A stretch of 64,000 nt of DNA from Patescibacteria group bacterium UBA3531. GTDB taxonomy: Bacteria > Patescibacteriota > Minisyncoccia > Phycocordibacterales > UBA3531. The notes beneath the pieces were generated by a model. It had not been told where the DNA came from and did not search any database. It saw only the letters and a program-made list of their open reading frames with translations. The stretch is from contig DFOW01000001.1 in NCBI GenBank assembly GCA_002376885.1, positions 15,381-79,380 of the forward strand, read 5' to 3'. Both the position numbers and the translations under genes were made by a program. This document shows positions 28,379-37,715 of the stretch, in pieces. Every line of letters begins with the position of its first letter. Position 1 is the first letter of the stretch.

Positions 28379-29071
28379 TTATCCTAACTCTGGTTTTGCG
28401 GTGACGTATCTTCGGATACTTGGCATTACTATAGACACCAAAACAAAAACATACCCAACAACACCAATACTTGATCCTAAGAAACTAGTTTCTATGTTCT
28501 GGGATAAAGTATAAGAAATATCACTTATTCCCAACATTACGCCTCCGATACACAATAAGTATGAACGTGTCTTGAAAACTAGACTTACTCTCTCAGGAAG
28601 ATTTTTCATGTATTGCCAATACCACATAACAGAAACGAACATTGCCGGGAAACCTGAAAGAAAACCAACCCAGAGAGGTAAATTAAGTGCAATCACTCCA
28701 AACTCTGAAATAGTTGGCTCAACAGGAAAGAGTAACCTAAACCCAGTTACAACTAAAGCAATCACAATCAGGAGGTACGTAATAGCATTAGAATTTAAGA
28801 AAGTTAATTTAAAAATTGGTGTTTTAAATAAGAATATAACTGCCACAAAAATAAACATTCTTGTCATACTCATCAGTTTCCCCACAATCAGAGGTTCTAA
28901 GTTTAAAACAAGAAAAACAGGGAGCGAACCAAGATATATTCCTATACTTATAAAAGCAATTGAAAAATATAGTAGCGCCTTATCTTGTGTCTTTCTGTAA
29001 GAAATATTAGACCTCCAGCCAACACCAAGAGCCAAGAAAGACATCAGAGAATATAAAAATATAGCAGTCAT
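28379..29071 (-). CDS. Stand-alone ~7TM membrane protein
   Basis: About 7 TM helices; loop PTISEFGVIALN; C-terminus MPSIRR. Confidence 0.72.
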   Translation of the reverse strand: MTAIFLYSLMSFLALGVGWRSNISYRKTQDKALLYFSIAFISIGIYLGSLPVFLVLNLEPLIVGKLMSMTRMFIFVAVIFLFKTPIFKLTFLNSNAITYLLIVIALVVTGFRLLFPVEPTISEFGVIALNLPLWVGFLSGFPAMFVSVMWYWQYMKNLPERVSLVFKTRSYLLCIGGVMLGISDISYTLSQNIETSFLGSSIGVVGYVFVLVSIVMPSIRRYVTAKPELG

Positions 29072-29787
29072 TAAACTTTAGTATAACTTTGATTATTTCT
29101 AATTAAAAAGCGGCGGACGCTTGGCATCAAAATAGCAGTAACTATAAGAAGATCACCAACAAAAACGTTTGCCACACCAATCATACTATCAAAAGACCCT
29201 GTAGATGTTATGTAAAGAGAATAGCCAAACAACATAACAAGCATACCCACTGAGAACAAATATATCTTTGCACTAAAAAAAGAAAGATACCGTGGGAGGG
29301 CACTCATTAAATAGCAAACAAAAAAACCAACTAAAAAATACAATGGTAGAAGGATAGAAACATACAAAAGCGGATTAGAGATATTCTCAACAATAAAGCC
29401 GTTTTCTGTAACATAGATAGGGCTCTCTGAAACATATTGGTAATAAGCTCCTAACAAAGACAGGAGCACAATTACAATCACAACAAAACCGTTGTATTTT
29501 TGAAAAAACTTCCTCTTTTGAAATAAGGGCGCCTGAAGCAAAAAAAGGACTCCCCCATGCAACAAAACTTTTGCCAAAATAGCTGATGGTTTTAATATGC
29601 CCATATTTAAAACTTCACTCATCAAAACACCTGAGACAAGCGTCCATGAATGGAGCGAGAAGAACAAAAAAGCCAAGGCAAAAAACTTTAAGGATATGTC
29701 TTCTGTTCTTTCGAAAGATTTAAAGGAATTCCACGCAACAATGGCAGAAAATAGCCCTATAGTAGCTTGCAAATATATACCTATCAT
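29071..29787 (-). CDS. Stand-alone ~7TM membrane protein
   Basis: About 7 TM helices; loop PIYVTENGFIVEN; C-terminus MPSVRR; paralogue of its neighbour. Confidence 0.72.
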   Translation of the reverse strand: MIGIYLQATIGLFSAIVAWNSFKSFERTEDISLKFFALAFLFFSLHSWTLVSGVLMSEVLNMGILKPSAILAKVLLHGGVLFLLQAPLFQKRKFFQKYNGFVVIVIVLLSLLGAYYQYVSESPIYVTENGFIVENISNPLLYVSILLPLYFLVGFFVCYLMSALPRYLSFFSAKIYLFSVGMLVMLFGYSLYITSTGSFDSMIGVANVFVGDLLIVTAILMPSVRRFLIRNNQSYTKV

Positions 29788-29829
29788 AAACCCATACTAT
29801 ACAAACTAGAGTGTGTGGCAAGGTTTTTA

Positions 29830-30438
29830 CTAAGGTTTTCGAGCAATCATGTGGGCCAGCACATTCTTCATAGGGGTTCCGTCTGCCCGTGTTTCGTGCG
29901 CAGTTCCTTCTTGTTCTTTGTACACAAGAACATCCCAATCTGCATAGAGATCCTTTAGTTCGTTTTCTTCTAGATAGAAAAAAAGTTTACTAATAGGAAG
30001 TTTATAAAAATCACCTTTTTTTGTAAAAACACTTATTACATTAAAACCTCCTTTTTTTGTTGCCTCTTTAATTTTTGACACAACTTGGAATCCCTCTTTC
30101 ACCTTCAGGTGGTGAAAGACAAATGTAGACAAGACAACATCATATTCCTTAGAAAACTTTACGCTTCTAACATCTTCTGTATTGGTTTTGATATCTAAGT
30201 TTAATTCTTTTGCTTTATTTTCAACCGCACCAATCCCCGCATCAGAAGTATCGTTTATCTCAACATCAAAACCTTTGGAAGCCAAAAATAAACTATTCCT
30301 CCCATTTCCTGCGCCAATTTCATAAACAGAACCATTACTAATATAATCAAGAAGCATTGTTGTAAGTTTTGATGGCCCCACACCAAATGGGTCAGTTTCC
30401 TTCTTGTATAAATCATTGTAGTGATTTTTAGTTGTCAT
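29830..30438 (-). CDS. Class I SAM-dependent methyltransferase, TehB-like
   Basis: EIGAGNGRNSLFLA motif I; ATGA overlap with the upstream gene. Confidence 0.85.
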   Translation of the reverse strand: MTTKNHYNDLYKKETDPFGVGPSKLTTMLLDYISNGSVYEIGAGNGRNSLFLASKGFDVEINDTSDAGIGAVENKAKELNLDIKTNTEDVRSVKFSKEYDVVLSTFVFHHLKVKEGFQVVSKIKEATKKGGFNVISVFTKKGDFYKLPISKLFFYLEENELKDLYADWDVLVYKEQEGTAHETRADGTPMKNVLAHMIARKP

Positions 30439-31790
30439 TGTTCTATCTTTTTTAATGGGTACGAACCCCACAGAAGGCCTGTGACGTTGTTCTTTTTATC
30501 TAGTCTAAAAGTCACGTTTTCTCCAACTTGACTAAAGACAGATGTTCCATTAACTCCAAAGACTTTTTTACTTTGAGGAATAAGAATCTCCACACCTTCA
30601 GAAGGTTGGTTTGTTCCTGGACTTGTGGAAAAGATAAAATTTTTGAGAGACACAAGTATTGTCTCACCATCAATTGATTGATAGGTGCCGGCATATTTAT
30701 CTAGTTTTACCTTTGAAGGTTTTTCATCTTTTTTATCAATAAAATAGTAAATAAGCTTTAATATTCCTGAATTAATCATCCCAAGTGGTATAGCAGAAGT
30801 GTTAGAAAGAGTAATAACACCGATATCGTTTTCAAGATCTAATGAAAAAAACGAAGCAAATCCAGGAAAACCACCGCTGTGTGCAGCTACTTTTCTGTTT
30901 TTTATCTTATAGATCTCGACACCCAAACCGTACCAATCATCTTCAACTGTCCTCCAGTGTTCCCTTAACATTTCTTTTTTAGTTTCTCGAGAAAGAATAG
31001 TATCTTTAGCCTCTTCTCTTAAGGAGAGGGCTCCAACAACTCTTGCCAAATCTTCGACATTAGAAATAAAACCAGCTGCGGGTATATAACTATTTGCTTT
31101 GCATTGTTTAAAAATTTGTCTATTGTTTTCCTCACCAGGAATAACTCTTCCATACCCTAGGGTTTCTAAGGAGTCCCCTAAGTCCACTTGTGTCGAAACC
31201 AATCCCAAAGGTTTAATTATAAACTTCCTAATATAGTCTTCGTATGAAAGACCGGAAGCTGATTTGATAACCTCCCCAAGAAGAGAAAAGGCATAATTTG
31301 AATATTTAAAATGTTTTTGGTTTTCTATCACCAAAGAATTCTTTTTTAACTCTTTTTTAAACTCATTTAGATTAGGAAATTTTCCGTTAGACCAGTGTGC
31401 TGTGGTTCCATCTCTAAAAATTCCCCCTGAGTGGGTAAGTATTTGTCGAATAGTAATATTCTCAGCTCCTTTTACCTTACCTTTTGCCGCCTTAAACCAA
31501 GGGATGTGTTTGATGAGTGGATCGTCGAGATTTAATTTCTTCTTTTCATACAATTGCAAGATTGCAATAGAAGTAAGCGTTTTTGAAATAGAAGCAATCC
31601 GATAGGGAGTTTTAGAGGTTGTTTTCTTTTTATTTTTTATATCAGAAAAGCCAAAGCCAGCCTTATAAACGAGCCTTCCTTTGTAAGTAATACCAACTGA
31701 AATACCAGGAATACGCCCATAGAATATTTTCCTGGGCATCCAAGCATTAATAACTTTTTTTGTATTTTGTATTGCTTCTTGGGTTTTCAT
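30435..31790 (-). CDS. Serine hydrolase, beta-lactamase / class C PBP family
   Basis: IASISK (SxxK), LTHSGG, YSN and HSGG motifs. Confidence 0.9.
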   Translation of the reverse strand: MKTQEAIQNTKKVINAWMPRKIFYGRIPGISVGITYKGRLVYKAGFGFSDIKNKKKTTSKTPYRIASISKTLTSIAILQLYEKKKLNLDDPLIKHIPWFKAAKGKVKGAENITIRQILTHSGGIFRDGTTAHWSNGKFPNLNEFKKELKKNSLVIENQKHFKYSNYAFSLLGEVIKSASGLSYEDYIRKFIIKPLGLVSTQVDLGDSLETLGYGRVIPGEENNRQIFKQCKANSYIPAAGFISNVEDLARVVGALSLREEAKDTILSRETKKEMLREHWRTVEDDWYGLGVEIYKIKNRKVAAHSGGFPGFASFFSLDLENDIGVITLSNTSAIPLGMINSGILKLIYYFIDKKDEKPSKVKLDKYAGTYQSIDGETILVSLKNFIFSTSPGTNQPSEGVEILIPQSKKVFGVNGTSVFSQVGENVTFRLDKKNNVTGLLWGSYPLKKIEQ

Positions 31791-31799
31791 GACACTAAA

Positions 31800-32282
31800 T
31801 TAAATTTTTTTGCAAAATATAAAATATTCATCTGGGTCCCAAAAGTTATCTTTATGTTTATGGTCTCCAGCTAGCCATAGTTTACCATCGACAGCATGGA
31901 CAACACGAAACTCACTTTTATACCCTTTAGTGTCTTCTTGTTGTCTCATTCCAATCTGTAATGATTCTAATAAGGGTTGGTTTTTATATTGTAATCTCAA
32001 TTGAGGCCCGACTTCTAGAGGACACAAACTCAGCCCGAAATCAAATATCTTATTATAAATAACTTCTGTTGTAACACCAGTAGGGTACCCTAACTCTTTT
32101 GGAGTGATACGGAACAAGTCAAGACTAGTTTTATTGTTGGATAGTATGAACTCCTTACTATAGAGAACATCCTTTGCCCATGATCCAATAATCATCTTAC
32201 TTTTTTGAATAGCTGTCTCTAGGTCGTTGATATTTTTATGCGTGCCAAGTTCTATAGTTTTCCAAATTTTGAAATCTTTCAT
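31800..32282 (-). CDS. Conserved hypothetical protein
   Basis: IWKTIELGT...GLSLCPLEVGPQLRLQY..QP pattern of an uncharacterised family. Confidence 0.7.
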   Translation of the reverse strand: MKDFKIWKTIELGTHKNINDLETAIQKSKMIIGSWAKDVLYSKEFILSNNKTSLDLFRITPKELGYPTGVTTEVIYNKIFDFGLSLCPLEVGPQLRLQYKNQPLLESLQIGMRQQEDTKGYKSEFRVVHAVDGKLWLAGDHKHKDNFWDPDEYFIFCKKI

Positions 32283-32412
32283 GATTGAGTATTAAAGATA
32301 TGGATAAGTCTCAGTAATACAATATGATTATATTCTAGTTTTTACATCTATAAATAAAAGGTGCTATTTTCGAGCACCTTTTATTGCTGTGGGTTGCAGG
32401 TACATCCTCCTC

Positions 32413-32727
32413 TTATCGGTGCTGGTAGTAGTCGCACATGGCGCAGTTGCCGACGGCTTGCGTCTCTCCATCCCAGCGCCACATCACAGGGATGGCGGAC
32501 TCCAACCTGTCGCTTCCTTCCTGCACGAAGGAAACCTTGAGCCCAGACTCGAACGAGACTGTGCCCTTCGGAAGAGGCATGAAGTTGCCATCTTCTCCGT
32601 GCAGGTGAGGCAGCGCAACCGCAAGACCATGTTCGGAAAGGCTCTTCATCAGCTCCTGAACTTCAGGAGTCTGAACAGCTTCCAGTCCCCTCTTGATTTC
32701 CGGATGAATATCGTGCAAATTGCTCAC
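32413..32727 (-). CDS. GC-rich hypothetical protein with PHxH and C-terminal CxxC...H
   Basis: AAAGGA SD and GTG start; PEVQEL..LSEHGL...PHLH...CAMC...H. Confidence 0.7.
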   Translation of the reverse strand: MSNLHDIHPEIKRGLEAVQTPEVQELMKSLSEHGLAVALPHLHGEDGNFMPLPKGTVSFESGLKVSFVQEGSDRLESAIPVMWRWDGETQAVGNCAMCDYYQHR

Positions 32728-32776
32728 AGCTTTTCCTTTATTTTGAACGCCTGGAAACGACCCCAGGTCTACACCC

Positions 32777-32837
32777 AAATTACTAAAGTCCCCTACTGTT
32801 GTCAAATCTTGACAACAGTAGGCCATAGGTATAAAAT
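32777..32837. promoter_or_regulatory. Back-to-back divergent sigma70 promoters inside a 14-bp inverted repeat
   Basis: CCTACTGTTGTCAA-atc-TTGACAACAGTAGG; plus strand TTGACA-17-TAAAAT; minus strand TTGACA-17-TAATTT. Confidence 0.7.
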
Positions 32838-32894
32838 ATAGTCAAATTGTGTTGTTAGTATACATCAACTGGTGTATAATAAAAGCCCAAGACA

Positions 32895-33677
32895 ATGAAG
32901 AATTTACGAGAAAACCTTATACAATTTGGACTCTCAGACAAGGAGGCGGACGTCTACCTTGCCCTGCTTTCTGCTGGTCCATCACTTGGTAGTGTAATCG
33001 CCCAAAAGGCAAAGATTAATAGGAGCACCACCTATCTTCATCTAGACACCCTTATCAAAAAAGGTCTTGTAAGCGTGAGCGAAGAGAACAAAATTAAAAC
33101 TTTTACCCCTGCCCCACCGGACAGAATCATCCACCTTCTTGAGGAATCTCTTTCTAAATATACCGAGCTTTTGCACGTTGCAGATGCAATGCTCCCTGAT
33201 CTTAAAAAAATGTACGCCACTGAAAAGAAGAAGGAGGATGCAAAACCAAAAGTACAACTTTTTGAAGGGACCCAAGGCCTAAAAAGTGCTTACGAGGACA
33301 TGCTAGAGACCAATGATGATGTGCGTACTTATGCCTCAATGGAAGACATACACACCCTTTTGCCAGAATACTTCCCTAAATACTACAAACGTAGAGCTGA
33401 AAAAGGTACTCAAATACGAGTAATCTTCCCTGACATTAAAAAAGTAACAGAGCGCGTAAAAGCTATCCCCTCAAAAATTAGAGACGCACGGGTGCTTTCA
33501 AAAGAAGCTCACGACTTTTCTCCTGAGATTAATATCTATGGAAGCAAAATTGCATTTATTTCTCCTAAAGAACAGTTTGGACTCATTATTGATAGTTCTG
33601 AACTCTCAAACGCACTCAAAACAATCTTTGAGATCTCTTGGCTTGCTGCCAAAAAACTAAGTCTCCAAACCGCTTAA
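32895..33677 (+). CDS. TrmB-family transcriptional regulator
   Basis: GLSDKEADVYLALL...RSTTY..L..L..KGLV wHTH plus a C-terminal effector-type domain. Confidence 0.9.
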   Translation: MKNLRENLIQFGLSDKEADVYLALLSAGPSLGSVIAQKAKINRSTTYLHLDTLIKKGLVSVSEENKIKTFTPAPPDRIIHLLEESLSKYTELLHVADAMLPDLKKMYATEKKKEDAKPKVQLFEGTQGLKSAYEDMLETNDDVRTYASMEDIHTLLPEYFPKYYKRRAEKGTQIRVIFPDIKKVTERVKAIPSKIRDARVLSKEAHDFSPEINIYGSKIAFISPKEQFGLIIDSSELSNALKTIFEISWLAAKKLSLQTA

Positions 33678-33682
33678 AATTT

Positions 33683-34363
33683 TTAGTCTTTGTTATATAA
33701 TTCTTCTGCTCTCCGATGGAGCCACTTGGAAGATTCTATCTCGTTTAAAGGAGTGTGTTCAGAAAAATAGGTGTGTTCTTTGTCCCACCGAATGGTTCTT
33801 TTAGACCATGGTAACCACCATGGGCCTTTAATTTTAATTGTCGTTAACAGTATTGGTGCTTTTGATTTGTAATGTATATGTTGTGGGCCTCGTTTAAATT
33901 CTCCAATTCCATCTTTTTTATGGACTCTCCCTTCGGCAAAAATCATTACTGCCTCACCCTTTTGTAGTCTGTCGACAGTTGATGCCGTTTTGTCTTCAAT
34001 AGTAAGAACCCCGTCTTTATCGCGAGGAGGAAGGATTAATACACCATTTGGCCAATAAATAAATGGATAGGTGATCACCCAATAAATTATTTTTAAAAAC
34101 CAGTGCCGAGGGCTTTGTGTCGCTAAAAAACGAATGGGTAGTATGCTCCAGTAATATTTAAAAGGAAGACTTTGAACAAACAACCAAGGGTCAATAACTG
34201 TCTTATGGTTCCCTACAATCAAAAGGGGTCGTGTTTTAATATCTTCGTATCGGGGCAAAACAACCTTTGTGTACAAAATAGTTTTTAAAACAGGATGAGC
34301 AACGAGCCATTCAAAAACCTGCCAGGAAATGACAATAAAACGTTTAATTTTTGATTCTTTCAT
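33683..34363 (-). CDS. Lysophospholipid acyltransferase (PlsC family), AT-rich copy
   Basis: NHKTVID (HxxxxD), IFAEGR and FKRG motifs. Confidence 0.85.
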   Translation of the reverse strand: MKESKIKRFIVISWQVFEWLVAHPVLKTILYTKVVLPRYEDIKTRPLLIVGNHKTVIDPWLFVQSLPFKYYWSILPIRFLATQSPRHWFLKIIYWVITYPFIYWPNGVLILPPRDKDGVLTIEDKTASTVDRLQKGEAVMIFAEGRVHKKDGIGEFKRGPQHIHYKSKAPILLTTIKIKGPWWLPWSKRTIRWDKEHTYFSEHTPLNEIESSKWLHRRAEELYNKD

Positions 34364-34431
34364 CTAGGGTAAGTATATAAAAGATGGATAAATGAAACGG
34401 ACGGAGGTTTGTGTAGCTGTGGAAACTACAC

Positions 34432-35091
34432 CTAACTCCGTCCGTGTGCCTCTGCCTCCCGATAGAGCGCAGAGAGCCGCGCATGAATGAACTCGACGCC
34501 CTCTTCTCCCGACATGCCCGAAGGCACGACAAGAGGAGCGATGTCCCAGTTCATCACGACTCGCCACCTGAAGGCGCTCACCTTCTGGCGATAGAGCGCA
34601 ACGAGCCAGATGGACGCACCGCTCTGCCGATGAACCGCCACGATCCCCTTCCGAAGCGGGCCAACCCCAGGACCCTTCCAGATCTTCCCTTCGGGATAGA
34701 TGAGGACGGACGTCTTCTGCTCGACGAGAGCTTCGACCGCGCCAGGGATTGCATGCTGCTTGGGGATGATCATGTTCCTCCGGTAGAACCACCGGTAGAA
34801 CTGACGGAACGGCGGCCACCAGAAGAGCTCCTTCCACGTGAACCTCTCCTTGGCGACGAACCGAATCGGCGCGATGGACTTGAAGCTTGCAAGGACAAGC
34901 GTCAGGACCGCGAAGGGGTGGTCGAGAGTCGACCGGTGGGTGGACCCGATGATCCGAGGCTCGCTCCCAAGAGCCGGGCCCGGATCGTTCAAGACCGTCA
35001 CCTTGTGGAAGGGAGCCAGAAGCCGGGGAAGCCACCAGTGTTCCTTCACCTGGAACCTGGCCGTCTCGCTAAGCTGTGTCTTGATCGACAT
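34432..35091 (-). CDS. Lysophospholipid acyltransferase (PlsC family), GC-rich copy
   Basis: THRSTLD, RFVAKE and IYPEG motifs; AAGGAG SD. Confidence 0.85.
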   Translation of the reverse strand: MSIKTQLSETARFQVKEHWWLPRLLAPFHKVTVLNDPGPALGSEPRIIGSTHRSTLDHPFAVLTLVLASFKSIAPIRFVAKERFTWKELFWWPPFRQFYRWFYRRNMIIPKQHAIPGAVEALVEQKTSVLIYPEGKIWKGPGVGPLRKGIVAVHRQSGASIWLVALYRQKVSAFRWRVVMNWDIAPLVVPSGMSGEEGVEFIHARLSALYREAEAHGRS

Positions 35092-35162
35092 GCCAGATTC
35101 CTCCTTAGGGTTTGGATGAACTTACTGACAAGCACTATACCACATATTTATAAAAAAGGAAA

Positions 35163-35202
35163 GGCCCTGCGGGTAATCACATTGATGTACACCCACAGGG
35201 CC
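35163..35202 (-). terminator. Hairpin terminator after the MMPL gene
   Basis: GGCCCTGCGGGT/ACCCACAGGGCC stem followed by a T-rich tract on the minus strand. Confidence 0.55.
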
Positions 35203-35228
35203 CTTTTTGGCAGTTGCCTGCCCTTCTC

Positions 35229-37559
35229 CTACGCCGCCTCGCCGTAGACCGGCCGGATCCGCGACCGCATCTCCTGGATCCTGCGTTCGAGGTCTCGCCT
35301 GAAGAACGTCTCCGGCGCAACCCGAACGATCGACGGAACGATCACGAGCGTTGCGACGAGACTCGCCACCATCGCGAGCGCGAGGAAGAACCCCAACACC
35401 CGAATGGGAACGAACGCCGAGAGCACGAGCGCGATGAACGCCAGGTTCGAACAGCAATCGAAGACGATCGGCATGCCGACGTCCTTGATGGCCACCCGAA
35501 GCGAGTTGTTCACGTTGCCAAAACTTCTCACCAGAAGACCCGTGCGGGTCACCAGGTGGATGTAGAAGTCGATAGCGGTCGCACCCACGATCAGCGTGAT
35601 AGCGAAGTTCGCAATGTCGATCGTGATGCCGAAGGCACCCATGAGGGCATAGACCAGCCCGTTGGCAAACGTCACGGGGACGAGGGCCAAGAAGGCGAGC
35701 CGCATGCTCCCCAAGAACCACCAGCACACGAGGACGAGAAGGATGGTCAGGAGCCCGTTGCTCCGTGCCCACGACTCGCCCAAGACATCGATCATCGCCG
35801 CCCATTCGAGGAACTCGCCGGTGATCCACAGGGAACCACCAAGGTCGTGTTCCTCCCGATACTCCCGGAGGGAGTCGCGGATGGCGTTGATCCGGTCGCT
35901 CGAGAACGCGTAGATGAACGGGTTCAAGACGAGGTACTCCTCGCCGTCATCCCGAAACTCGGACAGGACGTCCGGGTTGTCGAAGAGCGCGAACTGAGCG
36001 ATCGCATTCTCGTCGTTCGGGATCCGCTCGTCTGCCAGGTCCCCGTCGCGGAGCTCGCGGTTCATGCGAGCCACGCGCTCGTGGAGACCCGTACAGAAGG
36101 TGACGTCGGCGTGAGCCGACGCGTACCCGCAGACCTCGCGTGCCGTCTTGAGACATTCGGGGTCGTTCGTGCTCGTCTCGCACTTCAGCATGACCTGCAC
36201 GAACATCGTACCCCCGAAGTACTTCTCGAGGATGTCGAAGCCGTCGCGAGCCTTCTCCCCCTTCGGGATGAAGTGCGGCGGGTTCGAGCTCACGTTGACC
36301 TCTCTGATGAAGGGGGCCGCAATGATTACGGTCACCGCAACACCAGCGAGGACTCGTCTGCGTGAGTTGCTGAAGAGCGACATCTGGTGCGCCTTCTGCA
36401 AGAACCGCGCAAGCCGACTCCTGACGCGTTTCGACCGAATGGTCTCCGGCGTCGTGATGAGAGACGGAATGAACCAGACCGCTGCGGGAATGACCAGGAG
36501 GCTCGTAGCCGCACCGGTCAGGATCCCCACGATGGCGAACCAGCCGAAGTCGTGATGCGCCTGGACCGGGACACCCACCACCAGGGAAACGAATCCCAAG
36601 GTGCTGGTGAATGCCGCGGCCCGAACGGGACGGCTGACCAGCTCGAACGGGCTCTTGATGGCCTGCTCGAGGCCTTCGTAGTTCCTGTACGACCGCAGCA
36701 TGCACTCGAACACGTGGTACGCGTGCGATGACACGATTGCGAACAGGAGCACCGGAAGGCTTGAAGTCAGCACGTTCTGGAGGACACCGAAGTGCCCCAC
36801 CACACCGAGCGCCCCGACGATCGAGGTCGGGATCACGACGAAGACAGTGAAGACGGCTGCACGCCACCCAAGCACCGTCGACATGGTGATCCACAAGAAC
36901 ACGAGCGCCACTGCACCGAGCATCGCGAACTCTCGATTCGCGAGGATCTCGAACCAGCGGTTCTGGTAGTGGTTGGCGTACGGACCCGCACGGAAGGTGG
37001 CACCCTCCGTAAACGAATCTGCGAGACGCTCGAGTTCGTCGAAGACCTCGTTCTGCCCCTTCTTTCCGTCGAGACGGAAGACCATGAGGCTTGCGTAGCT
37101 GTCGGTCGAGACGATGCGCCCGTAGAGGAGCGGATCGCTTTCGATCTTTGCCCGAAGCGCACGCTCCTCTTCGCGCGTGGCGGGGACCTCTCGAATGAGA
37201 TCACCCACGCGCACCTCGCCCTCGCCCACGTTCTCGATGTAGTCGTAGCCCGTAAGCGAATGGACCACGGCTCCCGGCGCCAGGATCGAGGAGGTCTCGA
37301 CCTCGGCGTGGAGTGCCATGATCTTCTGGATGCAGCTGGCCGAGTAGGAACCCATGGGGCCCTTGCACTCGAGTCCGATGACCGCGTAGTCGTAGTCGAC
37401 GAAGACGCGATCGAACGCTGCGTTCTCGATGGCCTGGGGATGATCCGACTCGAGGTGACCCTCGAGAACCGGCGTCATCTCCGGACTGATCCCCAGAAGG
37501 GATACGGCCCAAAAGACCACGAGAGCGGTCAGAATGAAACCTGCCGTCTTTTTGCTCAC
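35229..37559 (-). CDS. MMPL / RND-superfamily lipid transporter
   Basis: Duplicated TM-extracytoplasmic-5TM architecture; AAFTSTLGFVSL; GATAIDFYIH; AAGGAG SD. Confidence 0.85.
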   Translation of the reverse strand: MSKKTAGFILTALVVFWAVSLLGISPEMTPVLEGHLESDHPQAIENAAFDRVFVDYDYAVIGLECKGPMGSYSASCIQKIMALHAEVETSSILAPGAVVHSLTGYDYIENVGEGEVRVGDLIREVPATREEERALRAKIESDPLLYGRIVSTDSYASLMVFRLDGKKGQNEVFDELERLADSFTEGATFRAGPYANHYQNRWFEILANREFAMLGAVALVFLWITMSTVLGWRAAVFTVFVVIPTSIVGALGVVGHFGVLQNVLTSSLPVLLFAIVSSHAYHVFECMLRSYRNYEGLEQAIKSPFELVSRPVRAAAFTSTLGFVSLVVGVPVQAHHDFGWFAIVGILTGAATSLLVIPAAVWFIPSLITTPETIRSKRVRSRLARFLQKAHQMSLFSNSRRRVLAGVAVTVIIAAPFIREVNVSSNPPHFIPKGEKARDGFDILEKYFGGTMFVQVMLKCETSTNDPECLKTAREVCGYASAHADVTFCTGLHERVARMNRELRDGDLADERIPNDENAIAQFALFDNPDVLSEFRDDGEEYLVLNPFIYAFSSDRINAIRDSLREYREEHDLGGSLWITGEFLEWAAMIDVLGESWARSNGLLTILLVLVCWWFLGSMRLAFLALVPVTFANGLVYALMGAFGITIDIANFAITLIVGATAIDFYIHLVTRTGLLVRSFGNVNNSLRVAIKDVGMPIVFDCCSNLAFIALVLSAFVPIRVLGFFLALAMVASLVATLVIVPSIVRVAPETFFRRDLERRIQEMRSRIRPVYGEAA

Positions 37560-37679
37560 CGTTTGCTCCTTTGGCGGACTTTCAAAGAACGCCTAAAAAG
37601 GTATGAATCTAGGTTAAAAGTGCCATAAATATATAAAAAAGTCAATAGTTATCGTGCCCCTGTGGATAGAGAAAGAGAA

Positions 37680-37705
37680 AAGGCGGCACGCGCGCGTGCC
37701 GCCTT
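37680..37705 (-). terminator. Perfect palindromic terminator
   Basis: AAGGCGGCACGCGCGCGTGCCGCCTT followed by a pyrimidine run on the minus strand. Confidence 0.7.
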
Positions 37706-37715
37706 CCTTGTCCCC

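Noticed and set aside
20704-29787. Stand-alone 7TM proteins as microbial rhodopsins
   Set aside because: No retinal-binding Lys motif (DxxxK) in the last helix; the context points to kinase-type sensor domains.
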